Translations under genes and position numbers: made by a program
NCBI GenBank assembly: GCA_963745835.1
Contig: CAVUZH010000003.1
Location: 1,184,001 to 1,248,000, forward strand
From: an uncultured delta proteobacterium
Lineage (GTDB): Bacteria > Desulfobacterota > Binatia > UBA9968
DNA: 64,000 nucleotides
Direction: 5' to 3'
Notes under the pieces: generated by a model
Told to the model about the DNA's origin: nothing
The model's input: only the letters and a program-made list of their open reading frames with translations
The model's database searches: none
Shown: one piece after another, positions 27,187 to 37,194 of the stretch
How the letters are laid out: each line of letters starts with the position of its first letter
How positions within the stretch are numbered: the stretch's first letter is position 1

Positions 27187-27930
27187 TCAGTGAAAGACGC
27201 TCCCGCCATCCACCACAATCGTCTGACCCGTCATGAAGTCGCTGTCTGACGAACAGAGGAACACCAGTGTGCCCATCAAATCTTCCGGCGTCTGCAGTCG
27301 CTTGATCGAGCGTTCTTTGAGCTGCAGTTCGGTCAGCGCCTTGGGCGCGTTCTGACCTTCGTGCTCGACCAGGCCTGGGGCGATGGCGTTGACGCATATG
27401 CCAAACTCGCCAACCTCCCGCGCCAGTGATCGGGTCATGCCGATCAGCGCAGCTTTGGAGGCGACGTAGTGAAGAAAGTTGGGCGTTCCCCAATAGGCAG
27501 TCGAAGAAGATATATTGATGATCTTGCCGTTCTTCTGCTCTTTCATTTGTGGAAAGACGGCTTTTGCGCACAGGAACGGGCCCTTTATGTTGACCGCCGA
27601 GACCCGGTCCCATTCTTCCGCAGTGATCTCATAGAACGGATGGCGCTGTATGTTGATAAAGATCGCCGCGTTATTCACCAGAATATCGATTCGGCCAAAA
27701 GCCTTCGCCGTCTCCACCGCCATTCGGCGGCTGTCCGCTTCGTCGGAGACATCGATCTTGAGCGCCAGCGCTTTACGGCCCGCTGCGCGGATCTCGTCTG
27801 CTATCGGCTCACCATCGAGAATATCGGCAATGACAACCGCCGCACCTTCCTCGGCCAACTTGCGAGCGTACGCGGCGCCTATGTGGCGCGCCCCGCCGGT
27901 GACGATAGCCACACGCCCGCTCAACCTCAC
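27187..27930 (-). CDS. Short-chain dehydrogenase/reductase
   Basis: TGGARHIG, NNAA and YVASK motifs. Confidence 0.93.
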   Translation of the reverse strand: MRLSGRVAIVTGGARHIGAAYARKLAEEGAAVVIADILDGEPIADEIRAAGRKALALKIDVSDEADSRRMAVETAKAFGRIDILVNNAAIFINIQRHPFYEITAEEWDRVSAVNIKGPFLCAKAVFPQMKEQKNGKIINISSSTAYWGTPNFLHYVASKAALIGMTRSLAREVGEFGICVNAIAPGLVEHEGQNAPKALTELQLKERSIKRLQTPEDLMGTLVFLCSSDSDFMTGQTIVVDGGSVFH

Positions 27931-27941
27931 CGGCCCCTCCA

Positions 27942-28018
27942 GGAGTATTGGAGTAATGGGATGGAGGAGTGATGACTCCGGAACCCAATACTCCAGTACT
28001 TGAGTACTCCATTACTCC
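27942..28018. repeat. Inverted pair of 8-nt tandem arrays (GGAGTATT/GGAGTAAT versus AATACTCC/ATTACTCC)
   Basis: Fills the intergenic gap between the FAD oxidoreductase and SDR genes. Confidence 0.7.
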
Positions 28019-28024
28019 GATTAT

Positions 28025-29647
28025 TCATCCGAGTCCTTTCAGGTGCTCGCTCATGTCGACCGGCTTCCACCAAGTTTCCAATCCGAGCGACTCGGCGATC
28101 ACCCGCGCGGCATTGTATCCAGGCGCGCCGGTAATGTTTCCGCCGGGATGGCACGACGAACCGCATAGATATAACCCGTCAATGGGAGTGCGATAATTTC
28201 CCCACCCTGGGAACGGCCGATTTTCCAGTGCTTGATCGCCCGCGTACTCGCCGACCATCCAATCGCCGCAATACATGTTCCTATCGTGGCGTTCAATGTC
28301 CAATGGCGTGGTTGAATCAGTTGAAAGGATATTGGTTTCATCCAGGTTGGGGGCGAAACGCCGCCAAACCGCCAGCTGCTTGTCGAACCATTCGCCGCGC
28401 ATCTTGTCCCAGTTTTGCGGGTTACCCCAGAGATTATAAGTCGCCAGCTGCCACATAAACGCAGTGGCCTTGCCGGGAGGCGCCTGCGTCGGGTCGTGAA
28501 AAGACGGCGTCGCGCCATTCATAAATGGCTTGCGCGGCAACTGCCCCGTACGACAGTCTTCGAACAAATCGCGCAGATCGTCGTATTCCTCCAATCCGAC
28601 AATGTGCATGAACGAACCGGCGACCTCGGGGTATTTTTTTTCGGTGATGTATTTCGGCCGTTCGTTCAAGGCCAGATTGGTCGCAAAGATCGGCGTCGTT
28701 TTGGAGAATCGGAAATTATTCGCCATCTCGGCAAATTTCGGCTCCAATTTTTCGCGTCCAACCAGCCTTATGAATGTTTCCACCGGATTGACGTTAGAGG
28801 CGATGAACTTACGCGCCTTGATTACCGTGCCATCTTCGAGCACTACCGCCGTCGCTTGTCCCTTGTCGACGAGAATTCGCTCGACTCCGTTGGACTCGAC
28901 ATAATCGATACCGTTGTGCGACATCATGTGCGCCAGGTTGTCTCCCAATGCGTGGGATGTGCCGCGGCAGAGTTGCGGATTGACGCCCCATGCGATCATC
29001 GCCGGGATTAGATAACCTGTGTTGGGCGCGTCCAGCTCGTAACCGCGCATTACGCCTAAGAAAGCGATAAACGCCCGCACCCGTGGATGGTCAAAGTGAC
29101 GCAGCACGAACTCTTCCGGTGTGGTGTCGAAGTACCTCAGGTACTCGCGGCCTTCGGCGGTTCTTTCGAGCAAGGGCCGCTTTTCCTCGAAGGGTATGGG
29201 AACCGCATAGGTTTCCGGGAAAACAATATTTTTCACCACCGGCTGCCAGCGGCTCCAGATATCGAGAAACGTTGCCGCGTCTTTTTTCGAGAACCTCGCA
29301 ATCGTCTCCGCAGTTCGATTCACATCGGCAAACCAGCCTAGGTACGTGTCATCAAGAAAGTGGTGCACCACGCCCGGATCGGGCTTGTAGTAATGGATGC
29401 CGAAATTCTCCAGCTCCAGATCTTTGTACCAGGGAAGCATCATCAGGCCGCGATGAAACACCGAATGAATGTTGTGCCAGAAGCCCGGATAGTCGCGGTC
29501 CTCATGGGAGTCCAGACCGCCGCCCACCTCCATGTTCTTTTCCACGACCATAATTTTCTGGCCGCACTTGGCTAAATAGCCGGCGCAGATCATGCCGTTG
29601 TGACCCGCGCCGATGACAACACCGTCGTATTCTAGGATTTTCCCCAT
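28025..29647 (-). CDS. Phytoene desaturase-like NAD(P)/FAD-dependent oxidoreductase
   Basis: IGAGHNG; C-terminal YRTPIDGLYLCGSSCHPGGNITGAPGYNAA. Confidence 0.88.
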   Translation of the reverse strand: MGKILEYDGVVIGAGHNGMICAGYLAKCGQKIMVVEKNMEVGGGLDSHEDRDYPGFWHNIHSVFHRGLMMLPWYKDLELENFGIHYYKPDPGVVHHFLDDTYLGWFADVNRTAETIARFSKKDAATFLDIWSRWQPVVKNIVFPETYAVPIPFEEKRPLLERTAEGREYLRYFDTTPEEFVLRHFDHPRVRAFIAFLGVMRGYELDAPNTGYLIPAMIAWGVNPQLCRGTSHALGDNLAHMMSHNGIDYVESNGVERILVDKGQATAVVLEDGTVIKARKFIASNVNPVETFIRLVGREKLEPKFAEMANNFRFSKTTPIFATNLALNERPKYITEKKYPEVAGSFMHIVGLEEYDDLRDLFEDCRTGQLPRKPFMNGATPSFHDPTQAPPGKATAFMWQLATYNLWGNPQNWDKMRGEWFDKQLAVWRRFAPNLDETNILSTDSTTPLDIERHDRNMYCGDWMVGEYAGDQALENRPFPGWGNYRTPIDGLYLCGSSCHPGGNITGAPGYNAARVIAESLGLETWWKPVDMSEHLKGLG

Positions 29648-29669
29648 ATTCTTTGTCTCTGCTCAGGTT

Positions 29670-29788
29670 AGGTTCCAATTGTTCCAGTCGTTCCAACGGT
29701 TCCAATAGTAAAGAACAAACACCCGTGATACCTACCTCGGGGACTGAGAAACGTCTGGAACGGCTGGAACAATTGGAACGTTTGGAAC
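29670..29788. repeat. Inverted pair of 9-nt tandem arrays (GTTCCA.. / ..TGGAAC) around ~50 bp
   Basis: Four units at 29670-29705 and four at 29755-29788; same unit family as 20311-20523. Confidence 0.75.
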
Positions 29789-29792
29789 ATTC

Positions 29793-31367
29793 TTATAGTT
29801 TCAAATCTTCCTTCATAATCCGCCAGCAGTTATACCCGGAGCCGGCGATTACCGCATCGGCCGGATGGGTGGCGATGCCGACTTGGTAGAGACCGGCGAT
29901 CGGCGTGCGGTAACCAGACAACTGTTCGTTGGGCCGGTTTGCTCCCATTTGCCCTGCGGATTTGCGCGCTACCCAAACCGAACCACGGCGCATGTTGGGC
30001 CACCGGCCAGCGAGGTAAAATGGATCCATGGCAACTTTCATTTCGATGTTGTCACCGGTCAAATTGGTCGCGTAGCGACGCCAGATATCTAGAATCGTCT
30101 CCATAAAACCGCGCTTGAGCTTGACCCAATCCTCCGGCCGTTTCCCTTTCAACTGATAAGGCACGGGCATAAACAATGATGCCGCATGCTTGCCCCTGGG
30201 CGCTTGGAGCGCATCGAAAACCGTTGGGCAAATCGCGTGAAGACAGACATGCTGTGGAAATTCACCGGCACGAATCTCTTTCCACATCTCATTAAGGTCG
30301 TCAGGTTTCTCCGGTCCAATGTTGACGTTCATTGCCCGGGCCACGGCTGGATCTTCCGCTTCATGAAATGCATAGCGGACCGGAGCCTTTAGCGCCAGGT
30401 GAATTTGGAAATAGGAAAACTCATCGGGTTCGATGTCTTCGATTGGCTTGGTGAAGTCACGGGGCAGATGCTCCTGATCAATCAACTCCCTGAAGGTCGA
30501 GTACGGATCGGTGTTGGAAACGACGGCAAGCTTTGCCTTCCATTCGCGCCCGTCACGCAGGCGAACTCCCACGGCTTTGTTTTTTTCAACGAGAATTTTA
30601 TCGACGTGATGCACGGCGCGGATTTGCCCGCCGGCATGAACGTAGGCGCGCTGCAGCACTTGGGCGATGGAATGGGATCCGCCACGGGCGAGCTCGGGTT
30701 TTTCATCGCCGGCGATCAGCTTGAGAACCTCGATCGCGCCGCCCGGATAATCCATGGCAACGCCCCGTGGAATAGCCATTTGCGACAGGACGAGAGTTTT
30801 CACTGCGTCACTCTCGAACAACTCGTCAACCAATTGATCGGGAGTCATGCGCCAAAGTCGGCTGAATTCCTGGCCATGAGGCTTGGATCCCAACTTTTTA
30901 TCGAAGTCGCTGTCCGAAATCGGCGAGTGATAATAATAAGTAATCAAACAATCGCGAATCAGCATGTGGAATTTGTCATGGGTCTGCCGCCATGCTTCGG
31001 CGTCTTTCGGCGAAAACCGCACAATCGAGCTGAGCGTGTCGTGTAACGTTTGATGGTGCGAAACCGCGCGGCCGTTGGCCAGCAGCAACGAGCTTATTAC
31101 CGGCGGCGACACGAACTCGGCGTGATAGCCATTATCCCATCTGAGTTCTCTCCACACTGGGGAGATCTCGCGGTTATCTTGGAAATAAGCCAGCGTGTTG
31201 TGCCAGTAACCCGGAATAGTGATTTCTTCACTGGCCAAGCGGCCACCGTTTTCCAGACGGCTCTCGCAAATCACCGTCCGCAGGCCAGCACGGCCGAGAT
31301 AGGTTCCGAGAGCGAAGTTGTTTTGCCCCGCTCCGATTAGAATAACGTCCCACTCACTGTCGATCAA
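29793..31367 (-). CDS. Phytoene desaturase-like NAD(P)/FAD-dependent oxidoreductase (paralog)
   Basis: IGAGQNN; C-terminal YRTPIAGLYQVGIATHP. Confidence 0.85.
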   Translation of the reverse strand: MIDSEWDVILIGAGQNNFALGTYLGRAGLRTVICESRLENGGRLASEEITIPGYWHNTLAYFQDNREISPVWRELRWDNGYHAEFVSPPVISSLLLANGRAVSHHQTLHDTLSSIVRFSPKDAEAWRQTHDKFHMLIRDCLITYYYHSPISDSDFDKKLGSKPHGQEFSRLWRMTPDQLVDELFESDAVKTLVLSQMAIPRGVAMDYPGGAIEVLKLIAGDEKPELARGGSHSIAQVLQRAYVHAGGQIRAVHHVDKILVEKNKAVGVRLRDGREWKAKLAVVSNTDPYSTFRELIDQEHLPRDFTKPIEDIEPDEFSYFQIHLALKAPVRYAFHEAEDPAVARAMNVNIGPEKPDDLNEMWKEIRAGEFPQHVCLHAICPTVFDALQAPRGKHAASLFMPVPYQLKGKRPEDWVKLKRGFMETILDIWRRYATNLTGDNIEMKVAMDPFYLAGRWPNMRRGSVWVARKSAGQMGANRPNEQLSGYRTPIAGLYQVGIATHPADAVIAGSGYNCWRIMKEDLKL

Positions 31368-31379
31368 AAGCGCCTCCAG

Positions 31380-32399
31380 CTAGTTGTGCAAAAAGATCTT
31401 TCGATACTCCGCCATTTTTTCCGCGTAGGCTTGTTTATCCATGTCGATCATTTCAACCAGTTCGATTTTATCGGCATCCGGAAGGGGCGGATAGATCCCC
31501 TTGCGGGTGACGAACTCGCCGATCCCCGCCATCAGTTTCAGGCCTTCTTCGCCGATAAAGAAATCGACGAATGCTTTGCCGGCACTGGGATGGGGCGGCT
31601 TGGCGCCGATGGCTACCGCCTGTCCGTCGCCCATGAATTTGCCCAGCCGCACGTAATCCAGCGGAACTCCCTTTTTACCGTAGAACACCACGTTTTTAAG
31701 AAAGGCGATGCCTATGGGTCTTTCGCCGGTGGTAATCCGTTCTCCCGCCGGAGTCAAAGATTCCACCAATAAGGGCTTTGTCGCCGCCAGATCGCGGAGA
31801 AATTTGTCGGCCTTTTCTTTGCCGCCCATTACTTTGTGTAGGCTCGCCATCCATTGCGCCGTGGTCGTATGCTGGCTGGCATCGGGGATTACCAGCTTAC
31901 CCGCATACTGCGGCTTGAGCAGATCTTCCAGCGACTTTGGCGCCTCCGCCGGTTTGATGATGCCGGCGTGATAGACGATGCCGATGACGCTGTTGCGATA
32001 TTGCGGGCCGAGATTTGGGTGCATCACTTCTTTTGGAAATGATTTTGCCGACGGCGAATCGTATTTCGCCAGCGCCCCTTCGTTGAACATGAACTCCATC
32101 GGCGCGGTATTGGTCAGCACCACATCGTAGAGCGGCTTGCCGGTGCGCATCTCGTTAAGCACCCGGTCCATGACCTTGGTGCTGGAGGAACGCCAGAATT
32201 CGGTTTCTAGTCCGGTTTTCTTCTTGAGCGCGGCGGCGATGAGGTCCATGGTGTCGTTCTCGATGGAGCCATAGACGACAACCTTGCCGCCCTCCTTCTT
32301 GGCGCCTTCGACCAGCTTAGCATCCTGACCATAGAGCGAGCCCGGCAGAGCGAACAGCGCCGCCAGCCAAATCATAGAGAAGATTTTCACCGTCGGCAT
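31380..32399 (-). CDS. ABC transporter extracellular solute-binding protein
   Basis: Signal peptide, GAKKEGGKVVVYGS and PHPSAGKAFVDFF; start set at MPTVK after a GAGGAGG. Confidence 0.85.
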   Translation of the reverse strand: MPTVKIFSMIWLAALFALPGSLYGQDAKLVEGAKKEGGKVVVYGSIENDTMDLIAAALKKKTGLETEFWRSSSTKVMDRVLNEMRTGKPLYDVVLTNTAPMEFMFNEGALAKYDSPSAKSFPKEVMHPNLGPQYRNSVIGIVYHAGIIKPAEAPKSLEDLLKPQYAGKLVIPDASQHTTTAQWMASLHKVMGGKEKADKFLRDLAATKPLLVESLTPAGERITTGERPIGIAFLKNVVFYGKKGVPLDYVRLGKFMGDGQAVAIGAKPPHPSAGKAFVDFFIGEEGLKLMAGIGEFVTRKGIYPPLPDADKIELVEMIDMDKQAYAEKMAEYRKIFLHN

Positions 32400-32502
32400 A
32401 AGCGAACCCTCCTCGGTTACATGCAATGTTTCCTCAATATCTAAATGGTCGGCGGATGTCTATTTGTTTCTAACAGGGCCATTTGGTAACTTTATCCAGA
32501 CG

Positions 32503-33621
32503 ATGACTGGACAACAAAAGCTCAAGAAGATCCGCGAAGAGCTGCGGCAAACTTTTCTCGAGCGGCTCGATTTGATCGATGGGGCGCTCGCCGCGCTGCT
32601 CTCTTCCCATCACTTATTGATCATCGGACCGCCCGGCACCGCCAAGTCCATGCTTGCCGATGAGCTATGTCGCCGCATCGAAGGCGGCAGGTATTTTCAA
32701 TGGCTGCTTACCCGTTTTACCACTCCGGAGGAAATCTTTGGAGCGGTCAGTTTAAAGGCGCTGGAACAGGATGATTACCGGCGAGTCACCAGTGATAAAC
32801 TCCCCGAAGCCCAGATCGCCTTTCTCGATGAAATCTTTAAAGCCAACTCATCGATTCTGAATTCGATTCTCACCCTGCTCAACGAGCGGCTCTTTCACAA
32901 TGGCAAAACCGTCGCTCGGGTGCCATTGCTGACGCTGTTCGGCGCCAGCAATGAGCTGCCCGAAGAAGAAGAGCTCACCGCGCTCTACGATCGCTTTCTG
33001 CTGCGCTTCGTGGTCGATTATATCGCCGAGGATTTTCGCTTTTTGCGCATGCTGGAATCCCAGAAACAGCCCGAACGGACAACTCTCAGCTTGGCCGAGC
33101 TCGAGGACCTTCAGAATCAGGTAAAGGCGGTATTGATTCCATCGCACGTTTATCGCGGCATCGCCGATATCCGGCGCGAATTGAACAAGAAAAATATTGT
33201 CGCCTCCGACCGCCGCTATCGTCAGTCTCTGACATTGCTTCAGGCGCATGCGTTTTTGGAGGGCGAAAAGGAAGTCGCGGAAAAAGATCTATTTTTTCTT
33301 GAGCATGTTTTATGGCGCGACCCCGCCGAGCACGAGCAGGTGCGCACCACGATTCGCGATTTGATCCTGGGATACGAGGAAGAGATTTCCGAACTGCTCT
33401 ACGAGTCGCGCGAGATCCGCGATTCCGCCACTCGTCCATGGGCCACCAGCGATGAGAAAGCGCGCGCGCTCATCGAATTTCACACCAAGCTACGCAACAT
33501 TCTCGCTAAGGTCGATCAGATCGTCGACAAGGCCAAGCGCTTGGGGCGTCCGGTGGAACGAGTCAACACCGTGCGGAGTGAAATCGAGCAGTTACAGAAA
33601 CAGATGCTGGAGCAGTTCTGA
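32503..33621 (+). CDS. MoxR-family AAA+ ATPase, RavA-like
   Basis: Walker A GPPGTAKS, Walker B FLDEIFKANS, GASNELP, ALYDRF and SDRR motifs. Confidence 0.9.
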   Translation: MTGQQKLKKIREELRQTFLERLDLIDGALAALLSSHHLLIIGPPGTAKSMLADELCRRIEGGRYFQWLLTRFTTPEEIFGAVSLKALEQDDYRRVTSDKLPEAQIAFLDEIFKANSSILNSILTLLNERLFHNGKTVARVPLLTLFGASNELPEEEELTALYDRFLLRFVVDYIAEDFRFLRMLESQKQPERTTLSLAELEDLQNQVKAVLIPSHVYRGIADIRRELNKKNIVASDRRYRQSLTLLQAHAFLEGEKEVAEKDLFFLEHVLWRDPAEHEQVRTTIRDLILGYEEEISELLYESREIRDSATRPWATSDEKARALIEFHTKLRNILAKVDQIVDKAKRLGRPVERVNTVRSEIEQLQKQMLEQF

Positions 33622-35195
33622 TGCCTCCGCGAAGAGCAAAAAAGACACCGATCAAACGGGTCTTTCAACCTCTGCCACAAAATACCTTCTGGATTGACAG
33701 CGATGCCTACGACCGGCGCGCTTACGGCCAGCTCCGCTCCGATTCGCCATCGCTGCGAATCTTAGAAGAACAGGGCAGCACTCTCCTGCCCCACTTCGGT
33801 TCCTTACTTCAGGATGTTTTTTCGCTGTTATTCAAGGCCAATATCATCTATCACAAGGAGGCCGAAGTTCTTCCCAGCGCTCTACTTAACGAGAGATTTC
33901 TCAAAGCCATCGGACAAGGGAGCCAATACGACTTCCTGCGCGAGCAAACTCTACTGAACGAGGCCCGCGCCGGGCTCTCGACCTTGTTGCTAGGCGAGCG
34001 TCTGCTAGCGCAGATACGCGAGGAGAAATTTCTCAACCGGCGCGATTTGCGCGATCTCTGGGACATTCAGAAACAGGAAGAGATTCTCAATCAAAAGCGC
34101 GACGAGTACGAAAACGCCGACACGATCCCGGAAGAGAATCTCTCCCAAGACGGGAAAAAGGCCTTGGATAAAGCCAAAGAGCGCATGGGCGGGGAGGTTC
34201 AAGGCGCCGAAGCATCGTTGCGGCACAAAACCGCCCAACTCAAAGAAGACCTGAAGCAAATCGATGCGCAGGCAACCAATCGGATGCAGGCCGAAGCGAT
34301 CAAAGTCGCTCAACAGTTGGAGGACGCCACCGAAGAAGCCGAAACATGGGGAACGACACTCGGCACCGGGCAGAAGTCGCCGCCCGGTCAAAAGCTCGAA
34401 CTGGGAAGGCGTCTCGCCGGAAACGAGAAGCTTAAAAAGCTGGCGCGCCTGGTGGGCCGGATGAAGTTTCATGCCATGGCACTGCGCAAGAAGGCTTTCG
34501 AACGCTCCAACGAAGAAGTGCTCGAAGTCGAACGCGGCGATTCGATTCACCGTCTGCTGCCGCACGAGATGTTAACCTTGCATCATCCCACCCTGCGCAA
34601 AGATTTTTTGCGCCGTTATCTTGACCAGGAACTGATTCAGTACTCGCTGCGCGGCGTCGAAGAAAAAGGCAAAGGTCCGATGATCGTCTGTCTAGACGGC
34701 AGCTCGTCCATGGCGGGCGATAAGGAAATCTGGTCCAAAGCCGTTACTCTCACCTTGCTTGAGATAGCAAGACGCCAGCGCAGACTCTTCCGATCGATTT
34801 GCTTCTCTTCTGAAGAGACGCCCTTGCAAATTCTCGATATGAATTCCAGGGATCGTTACCAGATCGAGACCAAGATCGTAATGGATCTTGCGGAATATTT
34901 TCCGGGCGGCGGGACCGACTTCCAACGACCTTTGGACGCGGCGCTGGAGTGCTTGAAGCATGCTCGCTTCAAAAAAGGCGATGTTGTCTTTATCACTGAC
35001 GGCGAATGTCAAGTGGCGCCGGAATGGGCGGAGGAATTCCGAAAAGAAAAGGAGCGCTTGGGCTTTTCGCTTTTTTCGATCCTGATCGACGTCGGCTCCG
35101 CATCTCTCGGCACCCTCACCGAATTCAGCGATCGCATCACCACAATCAAGCAACTGACGGGGGACGAAGCCAAAGATATTTTTGTGAAGTTTTAG
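33621..35195 (+). CDS. ViaA-like VWA domain protein
   Basis: MIDAS motif DGSSSM, GGGTDF and ITDG; TGATG overlap with the ATPase gene. Confidence 0.88.
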   Translation: MPPRRAKKTPIKRVFQPLPQNTFWIDSDAYDRRAYGQLRSDSPSLRILEEQGSTLLPHFGSLLQDVFSLLFKANIIYHKEAEVLPSALLNERFLKAIGQGSQYDFLREQTLLNEARAGLSTLLLGERLLAQIREEKFLNRRDLRDLWDIQKQEEILNQKRDEYENADTIPEENLSQDGKKALDKAKERMGGEVQGAEASLRHKTAQLKEDLKQIDAQATNRMQAEAIKVAQQLEDATEEAETWGTTLGTGQKSPPGQKLELGRRLAGNEKLKKLARLVGRMKFHAMALRKKAFERSNEEVLEVERGDSIHRLLPHEMLTLHHPTLRKDFLRRYLDQELIQYSLRGVEEKGKGPMIVCLDGSSSMAGDKEIWSKAVTLTLLEIARRQRRLFRSICFSSEETPLQILDMNSRDRYQIETKIVMDLAEYFPGGGTDFQRPLDAALECLKHARFKKGDVVFITDGECQVAPEWAEEFRKEKERLGFSLFSILIDVGSASLGTLTEFSDRITTIKQLTGDEAKDIFVKF

Positions 35196-35206
35196 GGGCT
35201 CGTGCC

Positions 35207-35761
35207 ATGGCCAGCCAATTTTCGCTCAGCATGGAAGCTTTCCTGGACGGCATCAACGACGTTCTCGGGCGCGGATTTACCACCGAGGACATTCATGCTC
35301 ATCTGCAGAGAACGCTGATCGAGCCGGATTCCCTGCAGCGCTACATCTTTTTTCGTCCGGAGCGCTACACCCGTAATCTAGTCTTCAAAAACGAGTTCTT
35401 TGAGTTGCTGGTTATTTGCTGGAACATCGGCCAGCGGGCGCCGGTCCACGGCCATGAAGGCGAGCGTTGCTGGAGCCGGGTCGAGCAAGGCAGCCTGTTA
35501 TTGTGCAACTATCGCGAATTTTCCGAGAACCCATTAGTGGTGCGGCAAATTGGCGAACCTTATCGCGGCGAGCGCGGTCATCTCGACGGCCCGGCCGATA
35601 TTCACAGCGTCGCGAATCCGTCAATGGTGCCCGCGGTTAGCCTGCACCTCTATTCTCATCCCTACGATCAATGCGATATTTATGATCTTGAGAACAATCT
35701 AAAGCAGCGCGTCCGGCTACGTTACGACAGCATTGACGGCAAGGTTGTCGAACCGTTCTAG
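35207..35761 (+). CDS. Cysteine/thiol dioxygenase family protein
   Basis: YTRNL, PVHGH, IHSVAN and SLHLYS motifs; start set at MASQF, 11 nt after the VWA stop. Confidence 0.88.
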   Translation: MASQFSLSMEAFLDGINDVLGRGFTTEDIHAHLQRTLIEPDSLQRYIFFRPERYTRNLVFKNEFFELLVICWNIGQRAPVHGHEGERCWSRVEQGSLLLCNYREFSENPLVVRQIGEPYRGERGHLDGPADIHSVANPSMVPAVSLHLYSHPYDQCDIYDLENNLKQRVRLRYDSIDGKVVEPF

Positions 35762-36150
35762 ATCGCCGAGCCGCCAACGTTTGAATGCGGCATTCTCCGG
35801 CGGAGCACGAATTGCTCCTGCGGTGAAATCAATCAGACCCACTGCCCAAGCCGCCATTAACTACAACCAAAACGCGGTAGGAACCCAACTCTGCGGTCGA
35901 TTTGCGACCCAACCCGCACGCCTCGATCATTCGCCGATTTGCCAATTGCATTCGACGGCTGGTCTTGGCGACACATACACTCTCGATAGTGACACTCACG
36001 TCCGGCGCATACGCAAGTGCACATGTTGCGTCAGTGATTATGCAATTGCGCAAGTCTTGTAAATGGGACAATGCAATCTCTCAAAGAGCATGATTCGGAC
36101 GTGCTGACGGGCATACCCTATTATAGGAATACCATTTCGCGCCTACTCTC

Positions 36151-36166
36151 TGGCACCTGCTTTGCT
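36151..36166 (+). promoter_or_regulatory. Sigma54 -24/-12 promoter
   Basis: TGGCAC-N5-TTGCT, 23 nt before the hemerythrin ORF. Confidence 0.8.
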
Positions 36167-36189
36167 CGGAGCAGCGGTATTCCAGTCAT

Positions 36190-36654
36190 ATGGAGGTGGA
36201 GATGAACGTTTTAGATCTACTTACCCAGGATCATCAGAAGGTAAGGCAGCTCTTCGAGCAGGTGCAACAGATTCGTGATAATGACGAAAAAAAAGAGCTG
36301 TTTGATCAGATCGACACCGAATTAGCTGTCCACGCTGAGATTGAAGAGACGATTTTCTATCCAGCCTTAGAGGAACACGACGAATTGAAAGACATGGTGC
36401 GGGAGTCGCGCGAGGAGCACGAGCAGGTTGAGCAGCTACTTCTAGAAATAGAGGATCTAGCGACAGAGGACACTGATTTCACTTCCCAGCTCGCGCAATT
36501 GGAGAAGACCGTTGAGCATCACGTTGCTGAGGAAGAAGAGGAGATGTTCCCCAAGGTCCGTGAGATCTTCGATAAGGCCGCCCTTGAGCGACTGGGCAAA
36601 GAGCTCGAATCGGCTAAGGGAAACCAGATGAATCCGGGGAAACAGATTGCCTGA
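36190..36654 (+). CDS. Hemerythrin/HHE domain protein
   Basis: DH, HAEIEETIFYP, EH and HHVAEEEEEMFP motifs; start may be 36202. Confidence 0.9.
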   Translation: MEVEMNVLDLLTQDHQKVRQLFEQVQQIRDNDEKKELFDQIDTELAVHAEIEETIFYPALEEHDELKDMVRESREEHEQVEQLLLEIEDLATEDTDFTSQLAQLEKTVEHHVAEEEEEMFPKVREIFDKAALERLGKELESAKGNQMNPGKQIA

Positions 36655-36774
36655 GATAGTTGTGATTGTAGGTTCACCGCTGTTCGGTTCACTATCCGCA
36701 CCACTCCTGCAAAACATTTCTCTCAGGTTCGGGTGCAGATTGAGTGACGGTGTTCCTTCGAGTGGAATATAGAT

Positions 36775-37140
36775 ATGGCTCGAAGCGTTTTGCTAGTTGA
36801 AGATAGCTCACCTGCGCGGCGAAATATTGCTACATTTCTCGAGCGCGCCGGTTACCAAGTGGCTCAGGCAGATACAGGAGAAGATGCCGTTCGTTTGATT
36901 GAAGCCAGCGGCAATTTCGACGTGGTCGTAAGCGATCTGCGCATGCCGGGGATGATTAATGGTCTAGACGTTCTATCCTTTCAAAATCGCATCACTCCCC
37001 ACGCAGGGTCGATTCTGATGACCGCCTTCGGCTCGGATCAGATAAGAGATCAGACAAGACGGCTCGGCGCGGCTTATATCGAAAAGCCCGTCAAATTGAA
37101 TTCACTTCTGCTGGAGATTGAAAAACACACCCGCCGTTAG
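36775..37140 (+). CDS. Single-domain response regulator (receiver)
   Basis: LLVED, SDLRMPG, MTAF and EKP motifs. Confidence 0.92.
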   Translation: MARSVLLVEDSSPARRNIATFLERAGYQVAQADTGEDAVRLIEASGNFDVVVSDLRMPGMINGLDVLSFQNRITPHAGSILMTAFGSDQIRDQTRRLGAAYIEKPVKLNSLLLEIEKHTRR

Positions 37141-37194
37141 CCCGTAATTCATCGGGACAACGCGGACGTTAAGAATCGCCTTGGAGTCGCATCA

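Noticed and set aside
35006-35206. Long N-terminal extension of the cysteine dioxygenase ORF
   Set aside because: It overlaps the VWA gene; the ATG at 35207 gives a normal-length protein.
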